DNA of 64,000 nucleotides from an uncultured Candidatus Rokubacteria bacterium. Lineage in GTDB: Bacteria; Methylomirabilota; Methylomirabilia; Rokubacteriales; DASRDR01. Below, piece after piece: positions 45,864-54,761 of this stretch. Made by a program: the position numbers and the translations under genes. The stretch's first letter is position 1; every line of letters starts with the position of its first letter. The stretch spans positions 320,001-384,000 of the forward strand of contig CAWGVS010000012.1 in assembly GCA_963826115.1 (NCBI GenBank), given 5' to 3'. Under the pieces are notes generated by a model that was not told the origin of the DNA, did no database searches, and saw only the letters and a list, made by a program, of their open reading frames with translations.

Positions 45864-45939
45864 TAGTCGGCATCGTGGATCAGATCGGCGAAGGCGTCTC
45901 CGGTTTGGAACTCGGCCAGACGGTTGCGGCCATGCCGCG

Positions 45940-46066
45940 CCGCCGCCAATGCCGCCACGGTCACCGAGAGCCCGATCAGCAGCAGCTGCTGACGGCCCGT
46001 GACCCGCCAGACCGCCCGGTAGAGGTCGAACAGAGTGTCGGCCCGGTACCGCTCCTCGGCACTCAC
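45940..46066 (-). pseudogene. N-terminal fragment of an ABC transporter TM protein
   Basis: LYRAVWRVTGRQQLLLIGLSVTVAALAAA, then an abrupt junction into the antisense MDR fragment. Confidence 0.5.
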
Positions 46067-46345
46067 GTCCGGGCGGCGCCGGAATCGCTGGCGTTCACGC
46101 CCGACGGGGATCCAGGCTCGGTGCTCGGTCGTGACGGCGCCAAGGAGTCGGGAGCGTGTTGGCTCTCCATCACGGTGGCCCTGGCCACGCGATAGACCAC
46201 TACAGTCCTTTCATGGGGCAGGGACCGCCTCATAGTGCCACGGCGCGTCGCTGAAGTGCCCCGGCTCGGAGGGTCACCCCACGGAGGCGGGCCCCGCGCG
46301 ACGAGCCCGGGCATAGGTCCCCTGTCGTCTCGGAGGCGGCGCGGC

Positions 46346-47035
46346 TCAGGAGCTCGGCCCAGGCACCCGTCGCTTTCGCCGCTCAAGCGCGGCGTGCGCC
46401 GCGAACAGGTACCCGCGGCTCCGCTCGGCGTCGAGGCCATACGACAGGCTGCCGGGGCGGACGCGGCGGAGCGCCAGCACCTCCTCGATCATCGCGTGGC
46501 GGTGGCCGAGGTCACGGCTCCGGGCCAGCCAGTCCACCATCTCGCCTATCCGGCCCGGCTGGTCCACCACGTCCCCGATCTCGTACGCGGCCGCGTACCG
46601 GAACATGAGTGTCGTCCGCGTCCACAGGCGCCGGACCGGTCCGCCGCGGGCCGGATCGAGCGCCGCCCCGTCGGTGAAGAGCCGCGCGAGCGTGAACACA
46701 CCGGCCAGGCCCGGGTCTTCCGCGAAGCGGGCCAGCTGGCGGGCGGCCTTCGGGGGGAGCCAGAGGTCGTCGGCGTCGAGCATCGCCACGAACGGGGTCC
46801 GGACGCGGCCGAGGCCCGCCGTCGTCGCGGCCCCGGGCCCGGCGTTCGGCTGCCGGATCACGGTGATCGGTCCCGCGACGGCCGCGGCGACGGCCGCGGT
46901 CTCGTCGGTCGACCCGTCGTCGACGACGACGATCACCTCGGGGAGGAGCGTCTGGCGCAGAACGGACTCGATGGCCGGGCCGATCGTGGCCGCCGCGTTG
47001 TACGCCGGGATGACCACGGTGTACGCGCCCGTCAC
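46346..47035 (-). CDS. Glycosyltransferase family 2
   Basis: VVIPAYNA, VVDDGSTD, LDADDLW. Confidence 0.92.
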   Translation of the reverse strand: MTGAYTVVIPAYNAAATIGPAIESVLRQTLLPEVIVVVDDGSTDETAAVAAAVAGPITVIRQPNAGPGAATTAGLGRVRTPFVAMLDADDLWLPPKAARQLARFAEDPGLAGVFTLARLFTDGAALDPARGGPVRRLWTRTTLMFRYAAAYEIGDVVDQPGRIGEMVDWLARSRDLGHRHAMIEEVLALRRVRPGSLSYGLDAERSRGYLFAAHAALERRKRRVPGPSS

Positions 47036-47796
47036 TCGCCGAACTCCTCCAGCATCGCCCCCTTCTGGAGGAAGAGCTCCGCGAAGATGGGCGGCAAGCG
47101 GGCGCGGTTCCGCAGGCGGTAGCGCACGGCCCACTTGAGGCTCGCCAGCATGAACTCGCGCTGCCGCTCCTCGACGTTCAGCGTGACGTTCGCGTCGTGG
47201 CGCCGGTAGTAGGCGGCGACTCCGTCGTCCAGCACGAGCCGGCACTCGTGTTCGATGACCCGGAGCACGAAGTCGCTGTCGCACCCCTGACGGAAGCTCT
47301 CGTCGAACCGCCCGACGCGGTCGATCGCGGCCCGGCGGTACATCGCGGCCTGGAGATACGGGCCTCGGAGGCGCTTGGTCGGGCTCCCCGCGGCCGGGGC
47401 CAGCGTCGCGTCGTCGAGCTCCCTGAACATCTCCACCATCCCGTACAGGACGTCGATCGTCGGGTCGGCCTGCAGCAGGGCGTGCTGCCGCGCGATCCGC
47501 CCCGGATAGGACACGTCGTCCGCGTCGAGGAAGGTCACGCACTCGCAGTCGGCATGCAGGTGGTCGAGCCCGGTGTTGCGCGCGGCCGCGATGCCCTTGC
47601 GGGGATTCCGGAGGAGGCGGACCTCCGGGAAGTCGCGGGCGAAGGCCTCGACGATCGTCCGGGTCCCGTCGATGGACCCGTCGTCCACCACGATCACGTC
47701 GAGGTCGACGGCCTGGCGCTCGCGGACGAGCGAGCGAAGGGCCGCCTCGATGAAGCGCGCCGCGTTGAGCGCCGGCATGATGATGCTAACCGGCAC
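47032..47796 (-). CDS. Glycosyltransferase family 2
   Basis: SIIMPALNA, VVDDGSID, ARNTG, FLDADD, YRRH. Confidence 0.93.
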   Translation of the reverse strand: MPVSIIMPALNAARFIEAALRSLVRERQAVDLDVIVVDDGSIDGTRTIVEAFARDFPEVRLLRNPRKGIAAARNTGLDHLHADCECVTFLDADDVSYPGRIARQHALLQADPTIDVLYGMVEMFRELDDATLAPAAGSPTKRLRGPYLQAAMYRRAAIDRVGRFDESFRQGCDSDFVLRVIEHECRLVLDDGVAAYYRRHDANVTLNVEERQREFMLASLKWAVRYRLRNRARLPPIFAELFLQKGAMLEEFGE

Positions 47797-48877
47797 GGCT
47801 CCCCTCTCGGGCCAGGAAGGCGCCGATCGCGCCGGCGATGTCGGCCGCGTCCTCCGACAGCGTCAGGCGGAACGCGGGGAGGCGCCGCGTGAGGTCGGCC
47901 AGCAGGCGGAAGCCCTCGGCCGTGTCGCCGGGGAGCTGGAACACCCCCGACGGCGCCAGGGCCAGGGCGGCTTCCGAGGCCGTGACCCGCTCCACGGTGG
48001 TGCGGCGGGCGCGGGCGATCTCCGGGATCAGGAGCGCCGTCACCTCCATGCGCTCGACGAGCCCCTTCGGCAGATACCGCATCGCGTCGAGCTCGACCTT
48101 GCCCCGCCAGTTGACCGGGTCCGCGTCGACCGTCGCGATCGGGAGGCCCGCGCGCCGGAGCCCCTCGCGGTCCTGCTTCAGCACGGTGAAGACGGCGTGC
48201 GCCACGACGGGCGGGCCCGGGTCGACCAGCACGTAGTCGTCGCCCACGCTGTCGAGCCCGTTCACGAGTCCGGCGAGCGTCGTGGACGACTTCCCGGATC
48301 CGCTCGGGCCGGCGATCAGGGCGCCCCGTCCCTCCACCCCGAGGGTGGCCGCGTGGGTGAGGCGCAGGCCGGCCCCGGCATAGGCCCAGTGCAGGAAGAG
48401 GCGGAGCGGCGACGCGCACTCCCACGGCGCCAGGCCCAGCTCGGACGACAGCGTCTGCACGCCGATCCCGGTCGCACGGTCGTAGAACTGCCAGGCCGGC
48501 GTGTCGTGATAGTAGAAGCCCCGGAGGTTCCGGACGGCGAGAATCCGCTCGAACTGATGCGAAGAGAACGGCGTCGTCTCGTCCCACGTGGCCGGCGCCG
48601 CCCAGCCGTCCGCCGCCGCGTCCAGCGCGTAGACCTCGAGGCGCGTCGCGCCCGGGTCGTCGCGCTCACGTCTGACGAGCGTGCGCTCGCACAGCGCCGC
48701 GAGCCGAGGACTGGTGAACCAGGCCGTCACGTCGATGCGCGCCACCCGAAGGTCGCGCCGCGTCAGGCTCGCCTTCGGATAGGCGACGGCAGCATCCAGC
48801 CGGTCCCTCGCATAGGCCGGCAGGCCTAGCTCCGACACCGTGAGGGCGGGGGACCCGGACCCACCCTCCACGATCAC
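47786..48877 (-). CDS. HPr-kinase-like P-loop serine kinase
   Basis: HAA, GPSGSGKSST, GDDYV; GTG overlaps the upstream stop. Confidence 0.82.
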   Translation of the reverse strand: MIVEGGSGSPALTVSELGLPAYARDRLDAAVAYPKASLTRRDLRVARIDVTAWFTSPRLAALCERTLVRRERDDPGATRLEVYALDAAADGWAAPATWDETTPFSSHQFERILAVRNLRGFYYHDTPAWQFYDRATGIGVQTLSSELGLAPWECASPLRLFLHWAYAGAGLRLTHAATLGVEGRGALIAGPSGSGKSSTTLAGLVNGLDSVGDDYVLVDPGPPVVAHAVFTVLKQDREGLRRAGLPIATVDADPVNWRGKVELDAMRYLPKGLVERMEVTALLIPEIARARRTTVERVTASEAALALAPSGVFQLPGDTAEGFRLLADLTRRLPAFRLTLSEDAADIAGAIGAFLAREGSRAG

Positions 48878-49716
48878 GGCGTCGGTTGCAGCGTGGGCCA
48901 CCCCGCCTGCTCGTCGACGTCGTGGATGGGATCGCCGTGGATCAGCTCCGCCAGGTCGTCGAACACCTCGATCCCGGGCTCGCCGCCGGTCCAGTCCGCG
49001 GCGATCGGTCCGAGGGGCCCGGCGACGCCGCCGACGCGAGGGCGCACCAGACTGAGCTTGATGAGCCGATCGACGAACGCCGACGACACGTCCGTCAGCT
49101 CGGGACACGCTTCTCCGATGCCGAGCAGGATGGCTCCGGGGGTGTGGCCGGCCAGGAGTGCCGACCAGATCGGCGAGGCGATCCCGTGCAAGCTATAGTA
49201 GTGGCCGTTGTTCAGGTTGAGAATGACCATCTGCCCATCGAAGTCCTCGGCCACGACGTCGGGCGCGTTGATCTCATACCGAGTGGCTCGCTCGACGTCG
49301 GTCAGGACCTCGACTCGGCCGGCGCTGTCCTGAATCAGTGCCGCCAGATCCTCGAAGACCTCGATCTTGGGCTCGCCGCCAGCCCAGTCCGCGGGGACCG
49401 GCCCGGACGACCCGTCGGCGCCGTCGACACGAGGGCGCACCAGCCGGAGCTTGACGACCCGATCGATGAACGCGGCCGACGCGTTCGTCAGCTCGGAGCG
49501 CGCCGTCTCGATGCTGAGCAGGATGGCCCCCGGGGGGTGCCCCGCCAGCAGCGCCGACCAGATCCGCGGGGCGATGCCGTGGAGGCTGTAGTAGTGTCCG
49601 TTGCCCAGGTTGAGAATGACCATCTGCCCATCGAAATCCTCGGCGACCACGTCGGGCGCGTTGATCCCATAACGGGCGGACCGATCTATGCTGCTCACGA
49701 CCATATTGCGGCCCAC
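48874..49716 (-). CDS. Tandem PqqD/RRE-domain protein
   Basis: Two copies of INAPDVVAEDFDGQMVILNL.NGHYYSL.G.A..IW; GGGAGG RBS. Confidence 0.85.
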   Translation of the reverse strand: MGRNMVVSSIDRSARYGINAPDVVAEDFDGQMVILNLGNGHYYSLHGIAPRIWSALLAGHPPGAILLSIETARSELTNASAAFIDRVVKLRLVRPRVDGADGSSGPVPADWAGGEPKIEVFEDLAALIQDSAGRVEVLTDVERATRYEINAPDVVAEDFDGQMVILNLNNGHYYSLHGIASPIWSALLAGHTPGAILLGIGEACPELTDVSSAFVDRLIKLSLVRPRVGGVAGPLGPIAADWTGGEPGIEVFDDLAELIHGDPIHDVDEQAGWPTLQPTP

Positions 49717-49907
49717 GTCCTCCCTCTAAGCCCCGCATTGTATTACACTCCGGCAGCGGCCCCGCATGCGCCGGGGCCGGCCGCAGCGACGCGTCAGCGG
49801 TACAATCGATGCTCGAAGCCGATGTCGTGCGGCCTCCGCGGTCTCAGGTTGGCGCCGGCTCCCAGCGGGGCCGGTTCTCGTTGCGTCACGCCGGTCGGTG
49901 ACCGCCG

Positions 49908-51107
49908 ATGCTGATGACGGAGCTCGGGTTCTCCCCGCCCCGTCCCGACGAGGAAGCGCGAATCGTCGCCCGGGACGCCCGGGGCGAACTCCCGCTCGCC
50001 ATCCAGCAAGATCCCGTCCTCCGGATCCCGGCCGCGGTGCTCAGCGCGGATCCCCTCATCTCGTACTCCGGCAGCCGGATGAGCGCCGCGCGCCTCGGCC
50101 TGGCCGGCGTCGCAGGCCCGGCGCTGCGCGACCGGCCCGCGTGGTTCCTGCTCTCGCCCACGTGGTCGCTCGAGGAGGACGGGGCTGTCGAGATCCTCCG
50201 CGGGCTCGCCGCCCTGCATCGCCGCCAGAGCCCGCAGCACCGGCTGATCTTCGTGTGCAACACGCCCCGGGAGGTCAGCCTCCTGCAGGCCCGCGGCGAG
50301 GCGGCCTTCTTTTTCAACAAGACGGCCCTCACGGTCGAGCGGATCTTCCGGCCCCTCGACGGTGCGCCCCCGGACTTCGAGGCTATCTACAACGCGCGAC
50401 TCCTCCCGTGGAAGCGTCACGAGCTGACGCTCGAGATCCCGCGCTGCGCATTCCTCTACTATCGCGACGAGACCCAACCCAACGCGGTCGGTGACGAAGC
50501 CGCCATCCGGGCCCGGCATGCCGCCGCTCCGGGGCACGTGTTCATCAACGTCACCGGGGAGGATGGCGTGCCGGTTCGACTGTCGCCGGGGGAGGTCAAC
50601 CAGCACCTGAACCGCGCCCGAGTGGGCCTTTGCCTGTCGGAGCGGGAAGGGGCAATGTTCGCCAGCATGGAGTATCTCCTGTCGGGCCTGGCCATCGTCA
50701 CCACCCCGAGCATCGGCGGGCGGGACATCTACTACGATGCGGAGTATTGCTGGACGGTCCCGCCCGACGCCCGGTCGGTGGGCGCGGCCGTTCGGGCGCT
50801 CGTCGACCGGGCGATTCCCCGGGCGCGCGTTCGCGAGCGGACGCTCGGCCAGATCGAGACTCACCGGGCGCGCTTCCTGGGACTGATCAATGCCATCCGC
50901 GAGGAGAGCGGCGCGCCGCCGCTGCGGTCGTCGTGGCCGTTTCGCAAGCCCGTGACGATGCAGTGGCTCCCGCCCGGAGAAGCCGTGGACCGCGCGGTGC
51001 ACGGCGTGGTCGATGCCTTCGAGACCGGGGCCAGGCGCCTCGTTCAGTTGCCCAGGTGGCGCCACGCGCTACGCCGCCTGAAGCGGCGGCTGGAGGGATC
51101 CGCATGA
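49908..51107 (+). CDS. Putative glycosyltransferase (GT-B/GT4-like)
   Basis: YNAR...KRH, LSEREGAMFASMEYLLSGL (E-x7-E motif). Confidence 0.72.
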   Translation: MLMTELGFSPPRPDEEARIVARDARGELPLAIQQDPVLRIPAAVLSADPLISYSGSRMSAARLGLAGVAGPALRDRPAWFLLSPTWSLEEDGAVEILRGLAALHRRQSPQHRLIFVCNTPREVSLLQARGEAAFFFNKTALTVERIFRPLDGAPPDFEAIYNARLLPWKRHELTLEIPRCAFLYYRDETQPNAVGDEAAIRARHAAAPGHVFINVTGEDGVPVRLSPGEVNQHLNRARVGLCLSEREGAMFASMEYLLSGLAIVTTPSIGGRDIYYDAEYCWTVPPDARSVGAAVRALVDRAIPRARVRERTLGQIETHRARFLGLINAIREESGAPPLRSSWPFRKPVTMQWLPPGEAVDRAVHGVVDAFETGARRLVQLPRWRHALRRLKRRLEGSA

Positions 51108-51544
51108 CAGGAGCGAAGTCGAGCCGCCGGCGCGCGTGGGTCCTCCTCGGCGTCGCCCTCCTCGCCACCGCGTGCGGCAGCAGCGGGGGCGGTGCCGGGT
51201 CGTCCGGCGCCCCGGTCATCGACAACCTGCGTGTCACGTACTCCCCCGCGGCCCCGATCGTCGGAGCGCTCGTCCAGGTCGGGCTCCTCGTGGACGTGGT
51301 CGACGCCGACGGGGACTGGGTGGGCGGCCTGTGCCGCTTCGTCACGGGCAACCAGCTGGAGGTGCCGGTCTCCACGTCGGGCCTGCCGGCAAACGCAACC
51401 AGCGGCACCGCCATCTGCGCCTTCGTCGAGACGTTCACGAACGACCAGGTCCGCATCGACCTGGTCCTGGTAGACCGGACGGGCCACGAGTCGAACGTCG
51501 TGAGCGGCGAGGTCGTCCTCCAGGGACGAGGCCCGCGCCGCTAA
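51104..51544 (+). CDS. Hypothetical lipoprotein (beta-rich)
   Basis: ATGA overlap; lipobox LATAC then Gly/Ser linker. Confidence 0.65.
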   Translation: MTGAKSSRRRAWVLLGVALLATACGSSGGGAGSSGAPVIDNLRVTYSPAAPIVGALVQVGLLVDVVDADGDWVGGLCRFVTGNQLEVPVSTSGLPANATSGTAICAFVETFTNDQVRIDLVLVDRTGHESNVVSGEVVLQGRGPRR

Positions 51545-51580
51545 CCGGCGACCGCGCCGGCGCGGCCATCGGGACGGCGC

Positions 51581-51898
51581 CTAGAAGGCCCCCCGCCGGG
51601 TCCGGCTGAACGTCGGCAACAGGACCGCGCTCATCGCCAGGACCGCGAGCGCGGTCGTGACCGCGCCGGTCGCGGTGTCGAAGACGGCCAGCACCGAGTC
51701 GCCGGCCATGTCGATGACGCGACCCTGGTGGGCCTCGACCTGCGCGGTGAACTCGGCCCGCGCCGCGTCGAGGGCGGCGACCGTCGCCCGCTCGTCCGCG
51801 GCCATGAGGCGCGAGTATCCGGCGACGTCCGCCACCAGGATGACCGCCAGCCGCTGCCGGATCCCGGAGTCGCTCAGGGGAGCCGCCGCGGCCCGCAC
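51581..51898 (-). pseudogene. Truncated class III adenylate/guanylate cyclase
   Basis: RLAVILVADVAGYSRLM, GRVIDMAGDSVLAVF; catalytic C-terminal half missing. Confidence 0.75.
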
Positions 51899-51914
51899 GC
51901 GAAGCGGGGGCGCG

Positions 51915-52763
51915 TCACGCGAGCCCCAGGAGCTCGAGCGGGCGCTCGTAGAGGATCTGGTCGATGAGCTCGGGCGGGATCGGCGGCAGCCGCACGCCGT
52001 CCTCCCAGTCGTTGATGGCCTGAAAGGCCCTGGCGGCCTCCCGCGTCGTCGCCACCGGGAAGTCGGAGCCGAACAGGAGCCGGTCGGTCACGCGGTACTC
52101 CATGGCCGTCCGGAGGCCGTTGTAGAGCTGCCACGGCCGATGGAAGCGCGCGGAGAGATCCGCGAAGACGTTCTCGTTCTTGCGCATCAGCATCACCGTC
52201 TCTTGCATCATCGGCTGGCCGAGGTGCGCGACGATCATGCGGAGCCGGGGGAACGCCCGCCCGATCCGGTCGAGGAGCAAGGGGCTCCCCCACTCGAGCG
52301 CGGCGTCCGGGTCGTAGGCCCCACCCATGTGGAACATGACCGGGGCGCGGAACTGGTCGGCCATCTCGTAGAGGCGCCAGGCCGGCGGGCTCCAGGGATC
52401 GAAGCCGTGGTAGACCGGCGAGAGCTTGAGCCCGCGAAGACCGAGCCGCGTGACCGCGCGCTCGAACTCGCGGGCGGCGTCCGCCTCGGTCGGGTCCACC
52501 GTCGCGAACCCCACGGCCCGGCCCGGGTAGCGCCCGACGTACTCCGCGATGAAGTCGTTCGGGATGCTCCGCCCCCAGGCGGTCGGCATCTTGATCACGA
52601 CGAACTTCTCGGCCCCGCCGTCGGCGACGCCGCGGCGGTGGTGCTCCGGGCCGCCCTCGCCGCCCATCACGCCGCGGGCCGCCATCGCCGCGCGCGCCTC
52701 GGGCCGCACGTGCTCGGGCAGGTAGCAGTGGGTGTGCCAGTCGATGAGCTGCCGGGAGGGCAT
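51915..52763 (-). CDS. Amidohydrolase_2-family protein
   Basis: IDWHTH, GLKLSP, FHMG, VAHLG, LFGSDFP. Confidence 0.92.
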   Translation of the reverse strand: MPSRQLIDWHTHCYLPEHVRPEARAAMAARGVMGGEGGPEHHRRGVADGGAEKFVVIKMPTAWGRSIPNDFIAEYVGRYPGRAVGFATVDPTEADAAREFERAVTRLGLRGLKLSPVYHGFDPWSPPAWRLYEMADQFRAPVMFHMGGAYDPDAALEWGSPLLLDRIGRAFPRLRMIVAHLGQPMMQETVMLMRKNENVFADLSARFHRPWQLYNGLRTAMEYRVTDRLLFGSDFPVATTREAARAFQAINDWEDGVRLPPIPPELIDQILYERPLELLGLA

Positions 52764-52786
52764 CGCGCCGCCGGTCCGGAAAGCCC

Positions 52787-53923
52787 TCAGCGCAGGTCGG
52801 CGCGGAACGCCGGCATCACCTTCGTCGCGAAGAGCTCGAGGTTTCTCAGGATCAGCCGCTGCGGGATCCCCGGATGCGCGTACTCCACGAGCAGGGTCTC
52901 GAGCCCACAGACCTCCACCAGCTCCTGGACCCGCGCGGCCACGTGCTCGGGCGAGCCCACCAGGAGGGTGCGCGGCTCGAGGAACGCCCAGTCGAGCTTC
53001 GTCCCGGGGAGGAGCTCCTCGCCCGGATTCGTGAAGACGTCGCGCCCGCGGAAGGGGTCGTTGTAGACAAAGGCCGACAGGATCGGCCCCTCGGCCTCGC
53101 GGCGGGCAGCCTCCATCGTCGGCGCCACGTAGAGGTTGCGCAGCACGGCCTGGCCGGCCGACGGCGACACCGGCCGGCCCTCGGTCCGCGACCGGATCTC
53201 CGCGTAGAGCTCCATGCGCTGCCGGACCCGGCGCGGCGGCGGCTGCCAGTAGCACGCCTGGAGCCCGAGCTCGGCGGCCAGACTCACCGAACGATCGGTC
53301 GAGACGGTCATCCAGAGCGGCGGGTGCGGCCGCTGGTACGGCTTCGGCGTCACGCGGAGCTTCAGGACCCGGTCGCCCTCCTGCCACGTCGGGTCCGGCG
53401 GATAGCTCGGGTGCGCGAACCGCGTGTCCGGCGCGGGGAACGTGTAGTTCGGCCCCTGATGGGCGAAGCGCTCCTCGGTCCAGCACTTCCGCACGATCTC
53501 GATCGTCTCGCGAAAGAGCTCGCGGTTCTCCTGGTCCTTGCGGGGGTCGGCGTGCGGATGGAACTGGGGGCCCTCGTACGGCCAGATGCCGCGGCCGAAG
53601 CCCACGTCTACCCGGCCTCGGGTGAGATTGTCCAGGACGGCGAGCTCCTCGGCCAGCCGGATCGGATGCCACCAGGGCGCGATGTTCGCCATCTGGCCGA
53701 TCCGCATCCGGGTCGTCCGCACCGCCAGGTCCGCCCCGACGAGAAGCGGGCTCGGGAGGTCGCCGAGACCGTACGGGCCGAAGTGGTGCTCGCCCATCCA
53801 CACCGCGTCGAAGCCGAGCGCCTCCGCCAGGACGACCTGCTCGCGCAGGTTGTCGAGGACGTCCGCCGGCGTCTCCGCGCCGCCGCCGCAGTCGTAGAGG
53901 GTCGTGAAGAGGCCGAATCGCAT
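52787..53923 (-). CDS. LLM-class flavin-dependent oxidoreductase
   Basis: AEALGFDAVWMGEHHF, HPIRLAEE, PKPYQRPHPPLW. Confidence 0.93.
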   Translation of the reverse strand: MRFGLFTTLYDCGGGAETPADVLDNLREQVVLAEALGFDAVWMGEHHFGPYGLGDLPSPLLVGADLAVRTTRMRIGQMANIAPWWHPIRLAEELAVLDNLTRGRVDVGFGRGIWPYEGPQFHPHADPRKDQENRELFRETIEIVRKCWTEERFAHQGPNYTFPAPDTRFAHPSYPPDPTWQEGDRVLKLRVTPKPYQRPHPPLWMTVSTDRSVSLAAELGLQACYWQPPPRRVRQRMELYAEIRSRTEGRPVSPSAGQAVLRNLYVAPTMEAARREAEGPILSAFVYNDPFRGRDVFTNPGEELLPGTKLDWAFLEPRTLLVGSPEHVAARVQELVEVCGLETLLVEYAHPGIPQRLILRNLELFATKVMPAFRADLR

Positions 53924-54079
53924 CCGAATCCTCCCGCCAGGACTGGAGATCGCCGCGCGCGTCGCGCCCGCGTCCACCGCGGCGCTCGCGCCGGAGGCCA
54001 CTCTAGCCCCGGCCTCCGGGCGCAGCAAGGGCGCGGCGGGGCGAACGGGAGTCCCGGCCGGCCGGGCCGGTGGGCGCGG

Positions 54080-54760
54080 CTAGTGGTAGCCGCGCTGCCC
54101 CGCGACGGGAGCGCGGCGGGGGCGGAGGGACGGCTTCAGCTTGAGCTGCCAGGCGAGGTCCTGGGCGGCCGCGCCAAGGGTCACCGGCTGGCCGGTCGCC
54201 TCCTCGGCGCCCTCCATCCGCGGATGCCAGACCCGCACGACGTAGCGTCCCGCCGGCAGGCCCTCCAGCCGCGCCCGGCCGTCGGCGCCGGTGCGGGCGA
54301 GATACGGAGTCTCCGCGACGTAGATGTAGCCGAGCATCCAGTCGTGGATGTTGCAGCCGATCGTCACGATGCCGGGCCGATCGAACACGACGGGCTCGGC
54401 GGGCGTGCCCGCGTAGAGCGGCAGCTCGAACCGCTTGGCGGGCGAGAACGAGTACACGTGGTGGCGGACGTCGTCCTTGTTGGGGAAGAAGACGGGGGAG
54501 CCTATCACCACCGGCTTCACGTGCGGCACGAACTCGAGGTTGACCTGGTCCACGATCTCACGCGCCGGCTTGGGCGACGTCGCGGGCCGGCCCTCGGGGA
54601 GCGCGGAGACCACCGCGTCCTCGACCGGCTGGTCCCGAAGGTCCCGCACCACCGCGGTCACGTCGCCAGCCGAGGCCGGACGGGCCGCACCGGCCCAGAC
54701 GCTCGCCCACACGCTGGACAGGACCGCCATCGTCACCAGCACGCACCGCACGCGCCCCAT
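54080..54760 (-). CDS. Cupredoxin-like secreted protein ('methylamine utilization' family)
   Basis: DQ....FVP, FPNKD..HHVYSFS, GCNIHDWM. Confidence 0.82.
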   Translation of the reverse strand: MGRVRCVLVTMAVLSSVWASVWAGAARPASAGDVTAVVRDLRDQPVEDAVVSALPEGRPATSPKPAREIVDQVNLEFVPHVKPVVIGSPVFFPNKDDVRHHVYSFSPAKRFELPLYAGTPAEPVVFDRPGIVTIGCNIHDWMLGYIYVAETPYLARTGADGRARLEGLPAGRYVVRVWHPRMEGAEEATGQPVTLGAAAQDLAWQLKLKPSLRPRRAPVAGQRGYH

Positions 54761-54761
54761 T

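Larger units (their letters stand above)
44523..45938 (+). pseudogene. MDR/quinone oxidoreductase N-terminus, interrupted by IS630 and truncated
   Basis: YGGPEV...PGEVRVKVLAAGV...YTPGWD [IS] VGIVDQIGEGVSGLELGQTVAAMP. Confidence 0.82.

Noticed and set aside
51915-53801. 628-aa ORF suggesting an LLM-amidohydrolase fusion
   Set aside because: The upstream part is an off-frame overlap with the LLM gene; the amidohydrolase starts at 52763 after GGCGG
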